Below are positions 20,152 through 30,320 of a stretch of DNA of 64,000 nt, piece after piece. Where the stretch lies: positions 2,528,001 through 2,592,000 of the forward strand of contig OY776215.1 of assembly GCA_963675495.1 (NCBI GenBank), written 5' to 3'. The position numbers were made by a program, and so were the translations under genes. Position 1 is the first letter of the stretch. Each line of letters opens with the position of its first letter. The notes under the pieces were generated by a model that had not been told where the DNA came from, did no database searches, and saw only the letters and a list, made by a program, of their open reading frames with translations. This DNA is from an uncultured Methanolobus sp. Lineage in GTDB: Archaea; Halobacteriota; Methanosarcinia; Methanosarcinales; Methanosarcinaceae.

Positions 20152-21693
20152 TCAATACAGTGTGCATTTTCCTTCGATATATATCACAGAAACTCCTTTT
20201 ACCTCTAGTTTTTCCCGTATCATATCTTTAATTATGTTCTGGGTTTTGACCGAACCTTCTGAACTGATACTAGTATCAATATCCAAAATGATCGTATCCG
20301 GTACAAGAGCTTTTACAACATCATGCAGGCCAGGTGTGTCCTGCCCACCTGTCATTGCAGCGATCTCATTCTGGAGTATAATGACAAGAATGTCGAAATC
20401 ACCCGCCACTGCATTTATGAGTCCCACAATTCCTGAGTGTGCAAGTCCAAAATCTCCAATAACTGCTATTCCTTTTCCTGGAAAACCGCATGCTGTTGAA
20501 ATAGCACCTCCAAGTGCAAACCCTGTGTTAACTGCATTGAGTGGGTCAGGTGCTGTGCGTATGGAGCATCCCATATCTCCTGCGACCGGCTCTATATCGT
20601 GCAGTACGTTGTAAAGTGGTATGAAGGGACAATCGCTGCAGATAGGTCTTGACCCTCTGCTGGCAATGGTCTGGATATCTGTGTACCTTGTGACCTCATC
20701 CCTGTCGATATTCTCAAGGGCAAATTCCACATGTTCGTTTTGAATCATGCCTACAGGAAGATGTCCGCTCTTTTTTCCAAGAACATTGTTACAGGTGCTA
20801 ATATACGATTCTATGACAGCTTCGCTTTCTTCCACAACAAGTATGCGTTCGTGGTTGCTTATGAACTCCTTTACAATGTTTTTGGGAAATGGTGACATGA
20901 TGCCAAGTGCAAGGTGTGAATAATCAGAACATGCTATCTGGGTGGACAATATTTCATCCACTATTGCTGAAGGGTAACCTGAAGATATTATTCCTACCTT
21001 CTCTCCATTTAATGAAATGCGATTGAAGGATGAATTCTCAGCCTCATGGGTAAGAAGTGGTTCGGATTCTATGTGGAAACGCTGGTGTTTCCCGTGCATG
21101 GTGAGTTTCCAGATGTCTCCATCAAGTTTCTTTTCGGGCACGTTGGCTTCTCTATTGATTAATGTTCTGCTGAAATTATCCTCTCTCTTTTCCAGTCTGT
21201 CAGTAATCCTCATAATGACCGGAACCTTCGCTTCTTCTGAGAGTTCAAAAGCCCGTTGCAATGAGTCGTAAGCATCTTTCGGTGTTGCCGGGTCAAAAAC
21301 AGCGGTTTCTGACAGTGCTCCGTAGAATCTGGAATCCTGTTCATTCTGTGAAGCCTTTGCCCCGGGATCATCTCCCACAAGTATGACAAGTCCTGCACCT
21401 ATCGTATGCATCATCGCTGTCATAAGAGGGTCTGAAAGCAGGTTCATGCCCACATGCTTGACCAACACCATGGACCTTCGTCCGGTGACCGATGCTCCTA
21501 ATACGGCTTCCATGGCGGCTTTTTCGTTAGTGAACCAGTGGATATCGTAGTCGTTGGAATCTTTTTCCTTAAAAAAGTAGTCTGCAACTGCAGTCATGGG
21601 ATATCCGGCGACAGCAGTAATGAACCTTACATTGTTGTCAATAGCTGCAAGGTAGATAGCTTCAAGGCCGGTTATATCCTTATTATCTGTCAT
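20152..21693 (-). CDS. ThDP-dependent IorA-like (indolepyruvate oxidoreductase alpha-like) protein
   Basis: NEKAA.E..GAS, KHVGMN, GDDP...SQNEQDSR, C..CP and GD...HSG...N..AMTGGQ motifs; start MTDNK at 21693. Confidence 0.85.
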   Translation of the reverse strand: MTDNKDITGLEAIYLAAIDNNVRFITAVAGYPMTAVADYFFKEKDSNDYDIHWFTNEKAAMEAVLGASVTGRRSMVLVKHVGMNLLSDPLMTAMMHTIGAGLVILVGDDPGAKASQNEQDSRFYGALSETAVFDPATPKDAYDSLQRAFELSEEAKVPVIMRITDRLEKREDNFSRTLINREANVPEKKLDGDIWKLTMHGKHQRFHIESEPLLTHEAENSSFNRISLNGEKVGIISSGYPSAIVDEILSTQIACSDYSHLALGIMSPFPKNIVKEFISNHERILVVEESEAVIESYISTCNNVLGKKSGHLPVGMIQNEHVEFALENIDRDEVTRYTDIQTIASRGSRPICSDCPFIPLYNVLHDIEPVAGDMGCSIRTAPDPLNAVNTGFALGGAISTACGFPGKGIAVIGDFGLAHSGIVGLINAVAGDFDILVIILQNEIAAMTGGQDTPGLHDVVKALVPDTIILDIDTSISSEGSVKTQNIIKDMIREKLEVKGVSVIYIEGKCTLY

Positions 21694-21700
21694 ATCTTTG

Positions 21701-22612
21701 TTATTCTGATTGTGCAGTCCGCTTAACAGAATCATCAGGTTGTGCGAACCATGCCAGTGCTGCAAGTGCTCCTATGACGCCGTTGCCGTCAAGCCATACA
21801 TCAACGCCGTTGTCCTTTGCATTTTGCATGGCGTACTCTTTCGTTAGCTCACCATTGCGGCATTCTTTACTGTACTTGTTCATCTTCTTAGCGTCAAAGT
21901 CTGAGAGGACGACCATTCCTGTCTCATCAGAGACGCTGTATTTCAGAAGCGCTGCTTTAATGCTTTCAAGAAGTTCCTGTTTAGCTTCTTCATTCACACA
22001 TCCGAACTCCAGTACAGTTGATACACAATTCTGTGTCCTTGCTGATACCGGGAAAAGCTGTACAAGTGAGTGGGAAAGGTAAACAGATTCACTGCAATCC
22101 AGTTCCTTAGCCATGTTATGGGTAAGTGTCCATGTGGCTCCTTCTTCCTTAGTATCGGTATCATCGATACCTATGAGCACTCTCTCTCTTTTAGGAACTA
22201 CGACAGTCCCCTTTGCAGCACGCCCGCCACCGGATACGGTATAGTTACAACACAACACACCTTCTGCAAATGCCCTGCACTTGGTGGCGCCTACTCCGCC
22301 CCCGCCAAGCCCTGCATATGTTATATGAACCTCATCTCTTTCCACAACAACCGATTCAATTCCTGCAGCAGCAGTGGATGGCTTAAGCTCAAGGGTGGAT
22401 GTGCCTGTTTTTACTGTGTACCTGATCATATTTCCAATAGAGCGCGTGTTCAGGATGAGCGGTGAATGTGAATAATGGAACTTTGACCATGCGGCACCGC
22501 CATAACAGTTCGTATGCTCGATGATATCTGCATATTCGTTGTTCCTGTCGCATATTGCATATATGCCCCTGTATGGAGTTGTGTAGGGGTCATTAAGTTC
22601 TATATCTTTCAT
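21701..22612 (-). CDS. Methanogenesis marker 11 protein
   Basis: YAGLGGGGVGA, IGIDDTDTKEEGATW, QLFP..TQNC and GVIGALAA motifs. Confidence 0.88.
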   Translation of the reverse strand: MKDIELNDPYTTPYRGIYAICDRNNEYADIIEHTNCYGGAAWSKFHYSHSPLILNTRSIGNMIRYTVKTGTSTLELKPSTAAAGIESVVVERDEVHITYAGLGGGGVGATKCRAFAEGVLCCNYTVSGGGRAAKGTVVVPKRERVLIGIDDTDTKEEGATWTLTHNMAKELDCSESVYLSHSLVQLFPVSARTQNCVSTVLEFGCVNEEAKQELLESIKAALLKYSVSDETGMVVLSDFDAKKMNKYSKECRNGELTKEYAMQNAKDNGVDVWLDGNGVIGALAALAWFAQPDDSVKRTAQSE

Positions 22613-22684
22613 TTGTGTGCTAATTGCTGGTTAATCCCTTAAATGTTTTGTTTGTAATGGTGGGGACTGTTATAAAAAATGTAA

Positions 22685-22711
22685 TCAGGATATTGTCAGA
22701 GAATATCCTGA
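22685..22711 (-). terminator. Hairpin plus T-tract after lemA
   Basis: TCAGGATATT-N7-AATATCCTGA followed on the minus strand by TTACATTTTT. Confidence 0.5.
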
Positions 22712-22730
22712 GCAACAATTCATCAAGATA

Positions 22731-23285
22731 TTAAAAGTGAACCTTTGGAACTTCTCTTTCTCCGGGTGGTGTTTCAAACAATTCTTTTTTATCAAATCCT
22801 GTTATGCCTGCAACGATATTATTTGGAATTGTCTGAATACTGATATTGTATTTCATTGCAGTATCATTGTAGAACTGTCTTGTATAGGCAATTTTATCTT
22901 CCGTTTCTGCTAATTCCGCTTGCAGCTGAATGAAGTTCTCGTTTGCCTTAAGCTCGGGATAGTTCTCTACAACAGCAAAAAGTGATTTTAGTGTAGAGGA
23001 CAGCATATTGGAAGCCTCTGCGGTTTCATTCACACCTTTTGCAGTTGCCATTGAAGCCCTGGCTTTCGTTACATTTTCAAAGAGAGTTCTTTCATGTTGG
23101 GCATATCCTTTAATCGTTTCCACAAGGTTTGGAATCAGATCATTACGTCTTTTTAGCTGGACCTCTATCTGGGCCCATGCATTTTCTACACGGTTACGTT
23201 GTTTTATTAGATTGTTGTATATAACTACAATAACCAACCCCAAAATAACCAGCAATGCGAATAAGATTATCATTTCTACTATCAT
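22731..23285 (-). CDS. lemA: LemA family protein
   Basis: N-terminal TM; YN.L, AW.QI.VQL.RR.DLIPNLV and E.YPELKA motifs. Confidence 0.95.
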   Translation of the reverse strand: MIVEMIILFALLVILGLVIVVIYNNLIKQRNRVENAWAQIEVQLKRRNDLIPNLVETIKGYAQHERTLFENVTKARASMATAKGVNETAEASNMLSSTLKSLFAVVENYPELKANENFIQLQAELAETEDKIAYTRQFYNDTAMKYNISIQTIPNNIVAGITGFDKKELFETPPGEREVPKVHF

Positions 23286-23312
23286 TTAATCATCTCTTGT
23301 AAATGTATGTCT

Positions 23313-25127
23313 TCATCTGGCACCACCCCCACCGCCGCCAAAGCCGCCACCGGCACCTCTTACTCCGCTACTACTGCCGGATGACTTATGATCTGGAGTT
23401 GAAGCACTGACGGCACTCTTGAAACCTTGATCGATCATGTGTTTATTATGGTGCATTGTATAGAACCTGCTTCTCCTGAATTGCTCGGTTGGGACTATGA
23501 GGGACATATTCTCGATAACTTTCTCCGCAACACCCAGAGTTACTGCATAAACCATGTAGAAGTCCCATATCTTTACAGATTCAGGAGGATGTTCTTTCAG
23601 TGCTGAAAAATCGGTCAGGTATTTCCTGAAATTATCCCAGCGTTTCTGGAATAGCCTACCTTCGACCGTCCATTTTCCGAAACTTCTTTGCTTGGTGATT
23701 GCAAAAATAAATAGTGCAATTACGAAAGCTGCAGTAACCATGAATAGAATTCTAATATTTGCCACAACCGGAAATAGTTTGACTGAAAATACACTAAATA
23801 GTATATTATAAGCACCAAATCCTAAAATCACACTTAATATGCAAAAAATGTAAATGTAGGTATTACCTTTTGAAATGAACAGTTTGTTCATTTTTACATG
23901 TCTTGCAACTTTCAGATACCAACTGTTCATAAAATTATAGAATTCAGTCCCCTTGCTAAGTTCTGTAGTTAGCTGGCTCCAGGATACAGTGCCAGATGGG
24001 GCATGCTTTTTTAACAAATTATAAGCATCAAGTTCGAAGTCCAGGAGTTCATCTACATTTCCTTCTTCAGTGATTTCAATTAGAACATCTTCCTTTTCAC
24101 TTTTGAACAAAACCGTGTCTTTATTTTCAGACACCGTATCACGAAGGTTGATGTAATTTCTGTTTACCAGGTCCATTATAGTTCCGGTAAATCCATCCAT
24201 GTCAGGAACACCTATTGCACCTCTCAGTAAAGCATTGACTATTGCGGGCTTTGAATCTGTAGGTGGGTCTCTTTCATATATTGCGTCGTAATCGATTTTT
24301 GATTCTCTGCCATATATGAAATAGATAAGAATGGGAAATATAATTACTAAGCATACCAGCAGAATGGTAATTTTAAAAAGCAGATGAGCTATTTTTTGTT
24401 TAGCAATATATTCTTCTTCAATGTCTAGTATTTTATCCAGAGCATCCTCTTTTTCTATTGAAACATAATTCGGGTCAGGAGATTCAATTCTTGGAAAGAC
24501 AGCCCTAATTTCATACCAACTCTCAGCTGGAATGTTCTCTGCTTCTAAGTAAATGATGTTACTCTCCATATATGATGTCTGGGTATGATCATCCGGATGT
24601 ATCCAGTAATATACTTCGTCTCCCGTATCAGTTGGGAGCGTTATAGTTGCAGTGAATCCATTGAGTGTTTTTTCCCACTCATCGCCCCATAATTTGAAAT
24701 GGAGTTCTGATAGATCATTGTAAACCTTTGTTCCCCCATAATAATCGTAAGAAACAACAAAGTTTACTTTTTCAGGTGTCGACTGAGGGAGCTTGCCAAT
24801 CAATTCATAGCCACCTGTAATGGTTTTCACATGGAAAGTACATGCACCATTGTCACAATATCCTTGAATATTTTCAATGGATCCTCCTTCGGGTGGATAG
24901 ACTCTGCGGTAGATTTCTGAGTATGTTCCTTCAAAGGAGTAAGATATTGATTCTTCGACATGCACTATGCCTTCTGGACTGACTGTGACATGTGCTGTGG
25001 CGCTATCAAGAGAATAATCGCGTGCACTGGCACAGGATGTAAGTAATAAGAGCAATGCCAATAAGACTATAGATGTTTTAACAAATGAACTAAGTACATG
25101 TTTCTTCTTACTGAAAAATGATAACAT
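23313..25127 (-). CDS. DUF2207 membrane protein
   Basis: Signal peptide, G...VEE.I.Y.F, several TMs, W..F..YL.DFS, W..Y.VYA..LGV and Gly-rich GGGFGGGGGGAR end; adjacent to lemA. Confidence 0.88.
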   Translation of the reverse strand: MLSFFSKKKHVLSSFVKTSIVLLALLLLLTSCASARDYSLDSATAHVTVSPEGIVHVEESISYSFEGTYSEIYRRVYPPEGGSIENIQGYCDNGACTFHVKTITGGYELIGKLPQSTPEKVNFVVSYDYYGGTKVYNDLSELHFKLWGDEWEKTLNGFTATITLPTDTGDEVYYWIHPDDHTQTSYMESNIIYLEAENIPAESWYEIRAVFPRIESPDPNYVSIEKEDALDKILDIEEEYIAKQKIAHLLFKITILLVCLVIIFPILIYFIYGRESKIDYDAIYERDPPTDSKPAIVNALLRGAIGVPDMDGFTGTIMDLVNRNYINLRDTVSENKDTVLFKSEKEDVLIEITEEGNVDELLDFELDAYNLLKKHAPSGTVSWSQLTTELSKGTEFYNFMNSWYLKVARHVKMNKLFISKGNTYIYIFCILSVILGFGAYNILFSVFSVKLFPVVANIRILFMVTAAFVIALFIFAITKQRSFGKWTVEGRLFQKRWDNFRKYLTDFSALKEHPPESVKIWDFYMVYAVTLGVAEKVIENMSLIVPTEQFRRSRFYTMHHNKHMIDQGFKSAVSASTPDHKSSGSSSGVRGAGGGFGGGGGGAR

Positions 25128-25280
25128 ACAGTAACAACCCCCTCAATTTATATGTTGTGTCCTTAAATATTTAAAGTTTAGTATGCTCAATTTCTGACAT
25201 GATGTGGAGTTTTATGAAATGAATCTATGTACAGTGTAAAATGAGGCTTATGTTCTTTAAAAGTACAATTAATGTGGATG

Positions 25281-25970
25281 CTATTTAACAAACCCCTCAT
25301 CCTTCAGGCTAACATATCTTCCATCTCCAATTACAACATGGTCCAGCACGTCTATACCCAATAGCTTACCACCATCTACAAGTTTCTCGGTAACTGCTAT
25401 GTCCTCTCTGCTTGGTGTGGGGTCGCCGGACGGGTGATTGTGTGAGAGTATGACTGAGGCACAGGACTCCATGAGTGCTGCTTTGAATACTTCTCGTGGG
25501 TGGACTATGTTCGCGTTCAGGCTGCCGATAGAAACAACTTCTTCGCGTATCACATGGTTTTTAGTATCAAGAAGCAGTGCCACAAGTCTTTCACGTTTGT
25601 GTTCACGCATACGGGGGTAGAGCAATGAATAGACATCTGCAGGTGATTTTATCTTCCTTTTAGGGTCATCGGTGAATCCTTCAAGCTTGCGGGCAAGTTC
25701 AAATACAGCAGCTATTTGTGCTGCTTTTGCATTCCCGATGCCGTGGATCTGTGTGAGCCGGGAAATATTTGCGTGGCTCAGTTGTTTGATGTTGTACTCT
25801 GAGAAAATACGACTGCAAAGGTTGATGATATTCTCCTTCTGCGTTCCTGTTCTGAGTATGATGGCAAGAAGTTCCGCATTGGAAAGTGCGTCAGGGCCGT
25901 ATTTAAGCAACCTTTCACGTGGTCTTTCCTCTTCCGGCATATCGTGGATACTTATCTTGTAATCACTCAT
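25281..25970 (-). CDS. radC: RadC family JAB-domain protein
   Basis: PRERL...G...LS.AELLAI, HhH GIG.AKA, HPREVF and HNHPSGDP.PS.ED motifs. Confidence 0.95.
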   Translation of the reverse strand: MSDYKISIHDMPEEERPRERLLKYGPDALSNAELLAIILRTGTQKENIINLCSRIFSEYNIKQLSHANISRLTQIHGIGNAKAAQIAAVFELARKLEGFTDDPKRKIKSPADVYSLLYPRMREHKRERLVALLLDTKNHVIREEVVSIGSLNANIVHPREVFKAALMESCASVILSHNHPSGDPTPSREDIAVTEKLVDGGKLLGIDVLDHVVIGDGRYVSLKDEGFVK

Positions 25971-26116
25971 TGCAATTGGTACAAATCAGCAGGATATAAA
26001 TTATTCGTAATTATTCTATTATAAATTTCATTGAATCTAAAAAATGATTTCTATGATTCGTACTGCTTTCTATTCGCGTTGTGTACTTATATGATGACTC
26101 CTCATAAGCTCATTTC

Positions 26117-26947
26117 ATGAAAGTCATTTGTGTTGCAGGCTACAAGAATTCCGGCAAAACCACATTGGTAATGCGTCTTGTTGAAGCACTTTCCAAAAAA
26201 GGGTCAGTCGGGACTGTGAAACAGATGCTGCATCATCGTTTCAATCCTGAGAATACTGATACTGGCAAACACTTCGATGCAGGTGCTGATCTGGTTGCAG
26301 CCATAACAGATACTGAACTTGTAACCATTAAACGAAATCCAACACTGGAAGATGCGCTGGACGCACTTGCTGATAACGGTGCCGACTTCGCCATTGTTGA
26401 AGGTGCAAAGAGCAGTGAGCTTCCCAAAATATTCCTTGGTGATGTCGAAGATTCTGATGACGTAGTCAATATTCTTGTTCAGTTACCTGAAAGGTCGGAT
26501 TGGGATATAGATGCGCTTGTGAAGGTCATTCTTGACCAGGCAGAATGGTTAACACTTGATTCTCTTATCAATAAGGTCCGGTCAAATCCTGATATCTGTT
26601 TATCCGGTGGAATCGCAACATTTACAGGAATTGTAAGGCGTGTGAATGATGATTTGGAAACAACTGCCATTGACTTTGAAAAGTACGAAGGTGTTGCTGA
26701 CAGAGCTATAGAAAAGATCTGCTATGATCTGAAGGAAAAGGACGACATCATAGATGTGCTCATCCATCACAAGACTGGTCTTATCAGATCAGGTGAGGAT
26801 ATAGTCTACATTGTTGTTGCTGCTGCCCACAGAAAAGAATTGTTTGAAACACTTGTGGAAGCGCTTGAACGCATTAAGGAAGATGTGCCAATATGGAAAA
26901 AGGAATTCACTATTGAAGGTGATTTCTGGGTTCACGACAAGATCTAA
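26117..26947 (+). CDS. MobB-MoaE fusion (molybdopterin synthase catalytic subunit)
   Basis: P-loop GYKNSGKTT and DT..HF.AGA (MobB); F.G.VR, AAHR.E.F and PIWKKE (MoaE). Confidence 0.9.
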   Translation: MKVICVAGYKNSGKTTLVMRLVEALSKKGSVGTVKQMLHHRFNPENTDTGKHFDAGADLVAAITDTELVTIKRNPTLEDALDALADNGADFAIVEGAKSSELPKIFLGDVEDSDDVVNILVQLPERSDWDIDALVKVILDQAEWLTLDSLINKVRSNPDICLSGGIATFTGIVRRVNDDLETTAIDFEKYEGVADRAIEKICYDLKEKDDIIDVLIHHKTGLIRSGEDIVYIVVAAAHRKELFETLVEALERIKEDVPIWKKEFTIEGDFWVHDKI

Positions 26948-26977
26948 TAGTAAAGTAATTGTTTATTGTGGGAGGCT

Positions 26978-27388
26978 TTACCTGTTGCGAAGTCCCATTT
27001 GCTCATCGATCTCTTCTGCCATCTCTTCCAGTTCCTGGAACATGCGCTCTGAGTCTTTTCTCATTTCCTGGACGGCAGCTTTAAGGCTTCCTCCTCGAAG
27101 ATAAAGTGCTCTTTTTTGTCTGTAGACCAGACCTGCATTGATAAGGTTTCTTATATGGTGGTTAACCCTTGAAATATTCACATCCAGATTATCTGCGATG
27201 GCATCTGATGATATCCTGTCTTCTCTCTTGGAAATCTGCTGCAGCAGGTCATGAATGATCTGTGTTGCAATATTCTCAGTATCTCTTCCGGAAGATAGTC
27301 CGAAACTGTTGCAGAACCAATGTATGTCTTCTTCAAGTTTTTTCTCTCTGGGCTTTTCCAGATTTATCAGTATTATTTGCTGTGGCAT
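26978..27388 (-). CDS. Winged-helix (ArsR-like) transcriptional regulator with C-terminal coiled coil, divergent from clpB
   Basis: SSDAIADNLDVNISRVNHHIRNLINAGLV HTH; C-terminal heptads. Confidence 0.8.
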   Translation of the reverse strand: MPQQIILINLEKPREKKLEEDIHWFCNSFGLSSGRDTENIATQIIHDLLQQISKREDRISSDAIADNLDVNISRVNHHIRNLINAGLVYRQKRALYLRGGSLKAAVQEMRKDSERMFQELEEMAEEIDEQMGLRNR

Positions 27389-27484
27389 AAGATTTATTTA
27401 TTGTACTGGGTGTATATAATATTTCCTGCATAATGTAGATATCATTTCGATAAAAATGATAAAAAAGCTATAAAAGTGAAAACA

Positions 27485-27539
27485 TTTATATATAAGTTTT
27501 GCACTATTATTATTAAGTTAACTGGAACTATTCCGGTTA
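27485..27539 (+). promoter_or_regulatory. clpB promoter (TATA) with inverted-repeat operator candidate over the start site
   Basis: TTTATATA 27485-92 with purine-rich BRE; TAACTGGAA-CTA-TTCCGGTTA 27519-39 (8/9 symmetric). Confidence 0.6.
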
Positions 27540-27626
27540 TTTGCAACGTATCAAAAGTAATTTAAACAAACATCCTAAATTAAAATGACGGGATAATGGG
27601 GATATTGATCCCGGGGAGTCTATAAT

Positions 27627-30242
27627 ATGGATCTTAACAGTTTTACACAGAAAGCTCAGGAAGCCGTTCAGGGCTCAAGTACAATTGCTGCAAGGTATAG
27701 GAATCAGCAGATTGATTGTGAACACATGTTCCTTGCATTGCTTGAACAGAGTGGTGGGCTTGTAACTACATTACTGCACAATATGGATGTTCCGGTGGAT
27801 CGGCTGATGCAGAAGGTTGAAGCCCAGCTTAAAACCCTTCCACAGGTTTCAGGCCCGGGTGGCGAACAGGTCTACATGACACAGACAATGAGGCGCATTC
27901 TGGATTCTGCCGTGCAGGAAGCCGGAAAGATGAAAGATGAGTATGTGAGCGTTGAGCACCTCCTGCTTGCAATGGTCGGGGAAAAGGACAGCCAATGTGG
28001 CAAGATCCTTGCAAGCGAAGGTGTTACACGTGATAGAATTCTTGATGGCATCAAACAGATAAGGGGGGATAGAAAAATTACTTCAGAGAATCCGGAAGAT
28101 ACAATGGAGCCACTTAAGAAGTACGGGATCGATTTCACAGAGCTTGCTGCTCAGGGTAAACTGGATCCTGTTATTGGCAGAGATCAGGAAATAAGGCATT
28201 CCATAGAGATCCTTTCCAGACGCAGAAAGAACAACCCTGTACTTATTGGTGAGGCTGGTGTCGGTAAGACTGCAATAGTCGAGGGACTTGCTCAGCGTAT
28301 TGCCAAAAGGGATGTACCCGATGCAATGAAGGACAAGCGTATCATTGCTCTTGATATGGGCTCTCTTATTGCCGGTGCGAAGTTTCGTGGTGAATTTGAG
28401 GAAAGGCTAAAGGCAGTTCTCAAGGAAGTCGCTGATTCGGAAGGTCAGATAATTCTCTTCATAGATGAGATCCACACCATTGTGGGTGCCGGTGCTACAG
28501 AAGGTGCCATGGATGCAGGAAATCTCTTAAAGCCCATGCTTGCGCGTGGTGAATTGCACTGTATCGGTGCAACAACTATCGATGAGTACCGCAAGTACAT
28601 CGAAAAGGATGCAGCACTTGAGCGCAGATTCCTCCCGGTGTTTGTAGAAGAACCGACTGTAGAAGATACCATTTCTATACTACGTGGTCTGAAGGAGAAG
28701 TATGAGGTCCATCATGGTGTTCGTCTGAAGGACTCGGCACTCGTTGCTGCTGCTGTGATGAGCAGTCGTTACATTGCAGACAGGTTCCTTCCGGACAAGG
28801 CCATTGATCTTGTGGATGAGGCTGCTGCAAAGAAGAGAACTGCCATTGACAGCAAGCCCGCAGAACTTGATGAGGCTGACCGCAAGATAATGCAGCTTGA
28901 AATTGAGCGTGAGGCACTTAGAAAAGAGAAGGATGCAGCTTCAAAGGACCGTCTGGGCGCCCTTGATAAGGAACTTGCCGACATCAGGGCAGAATCCGAT
29001 GCCATGAGGGCCAGATGGAATCGTGAGAAGGAAGCTATCTCAAAGCTCGGTGCCCTGAAACAACAGATAGAAGAAACCAAGGTCCAGTATGAACTTGCTG
29101 AAAATGAGAATAACCTTGAACTTGCATCCCGATTGAAGTACGGAACGCTTGCTCCTTTGGAAAATGAATATAGAGAAGAAGAAAAGCAACTCCAGGAGAT
29201 GCAAGGTGAGATGCTTCTGAATGAGGAGGTCGGTGAAGAGGATATCGCTGAAGTTGTCAGTCAGTGGACCCACATACCTGTAACAAGGCTCATGGAGGGT
29301 CAGCGTGAAAAGCTTGTTCATTTTGAAGATAATCTCCACAATCGTATCATCGGTCAGAGTGAAGCTGTAAAGGCAGTGGCTGATGCTGTCATACGCAACT
29401 ATGCAGGCATCAAGGACCCGGGACGTCCAATTGGAAGTTTCATATTCCTTGGTCCCACAGGCGTTGGTAAGACCGAGCTTGTAAAAGCACTTGCAGTTGA
29501 GTTGTTCGATAATGAGAACAACATGGTTCGTATTGACATGTCCGAATATATGGAAAAGCACACAGTTGCAAGGATGATAGGCGCACCACCTGGTTATATT
29601 GGTCATGACGAGGGCGGTCAGCTCACAGAAGCAGTACGAAGGAGGCCCTACTCAGTTGTGCTTTTCGATGAAATAGAAAAGGCACATCCGGATGTGTTCA
29701 ATGTCATGCTTCAGATACTTGATGATGGCAGACTTACTGATTCAAAGGGAAGGACTGTGAACTTCAAGAACACCCTGATAATCATGACCTCTAACATCTT
29801 TGCAGGTGATCTCACTGAAGTGCTAAAGACCAGTGAAGATGAGAAGGACGTGGATTATGCAACGCTTCAGATGCGCGCAATGACCGAGCTAGGTAAGTAT
29901 TTCAGACCGGAGTTCCTTAATCGTGTTGATGAAATAGCTCTCTTCCACGCATTGAAACCGGAAGAGTTGGTGAAGATCGTTGATATCAAGGTTGCAGACC
30001 TTGTTGGGAGACTCAGGGAAAAGCGTATCGGTCTTGATCTTACTGATGCTGCAAAGGCATATCTTTCAAAGGCAGGATATAGTGAAACTTTCGGTGCAAG
30101 GCCTCTTAAAAGGGTCATTCAAAATGAAGTTGAGACAAGGATCGCCAAGCTAATCGTCGCAGGTGAAGTGCCTGAAGGTTCCACTGTGCGTGTGGACAGC
30201 AATGGCGCAGAACTGCTTGTCAATGTCAGTTCAGCAGAATAA
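27627..30242 (+). CDS. clpB: ATP-dependent disaggregase ClpB (bacterial type)
   Basis: Clp N repeats, [10 protein letters not shown], two Walker A motifs ([16 protein letters not shown]), coiled-coil M domain, GAPPGYIG and GARPL. Confidence 0.97.
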   Translation: MDLNSFTQKAQEAVQGSSTIAARYRNQQIDCEHMFLALLEQSGGLVTTLLHNMDVPVDRLMQKVEAQLKTLPQVSGPGGEQVYMTQTMRRILDSAVQEAGKMKDEYVSVEHLLLAMVGEKDSQCGKILASEGVTRDRILDGIKQIRGDRKITSENPEDTMEPLKKYGIDFTELAAQGKLDPVIGRDQEIRHSIEILSRRRKNNPVLIGEAGVGKTAIVEGLAQRIAKRDVPDAMKDKRIIALDMGSLIAGAKFRGEFEERLKAVLKEVADSEGQIILFIDEIHTIVGAGATEGAMDAGNLLKPMLARGELHCIGATTIDEYRKYIEKDAALERRFLPVFVEEPTVEDTISILRGLKEKYEVHHGVRLKDSALVAAAVMSSRYIADRFLPDKAIDLVDEAAAKKRTAIDSKPAELDEADRKIMQLEIEREALRKEKDAASKDRLGALDKELADIRAESDAMRARWNREKEAISKLGALKQQIEETKVQYELAENENNLELASRLKYGTLAPLENEYREEEKQLQEMQGEMLLNEEVGEEDIAEVVSQWTHIPVTRLMEGQREKLVHFEDNLHNRIIGQSEAVKAVADAVIRNYAGIKDPGRPIGSFIFLGPTGVGKTELVKALAVELFDNENNMVRIDMSEYMEKHTVARMIGAPPGYIGHDEGGQLTEAVRRRPYSVVLFDEIEKAHPDVFNVMLQILDDGRLTDSKGRTVNFKNTLIIMTSNIFAGDLTEVLKTSEDEKDVDYATLQMRAMTELGKYFRPEFLNRVDEIALFHALKPEELVKIVDIKVADLVGRLREKRIGLDLTDAAKAYLSKAGYSETFGARPLKRVIQNEVETRIAKLIVAGEVPEGSTVRVDSNGAELLVNVSSAE

Positions 30243-30276
30243 ATAAAAAAAACCATAGTTCAAAAATGAGAGGACA

Positions 30277-30295
30277 GGTTGCTTTACGAGCAACC
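30277..30295. terminator. Hairpin between convergent clpB and the orphan gene
   Basis: GGTTGCT-TTACG-AGCAACC with T-rich sequence downstream and A-rich sequence upstream. Confidence 0.55.
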
Positions 30296-30320
30296 AGCCT
30301 TCTTTACTTTGTTTATGTGG

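Noticed and set aside
25281-25970. radC as a marker of a mobile or anti-restriction element
   Set aside because: Full-length chromosomal form with N-terminal and HhH regions, flanked by housekeeping genes; no mobility genes nearby
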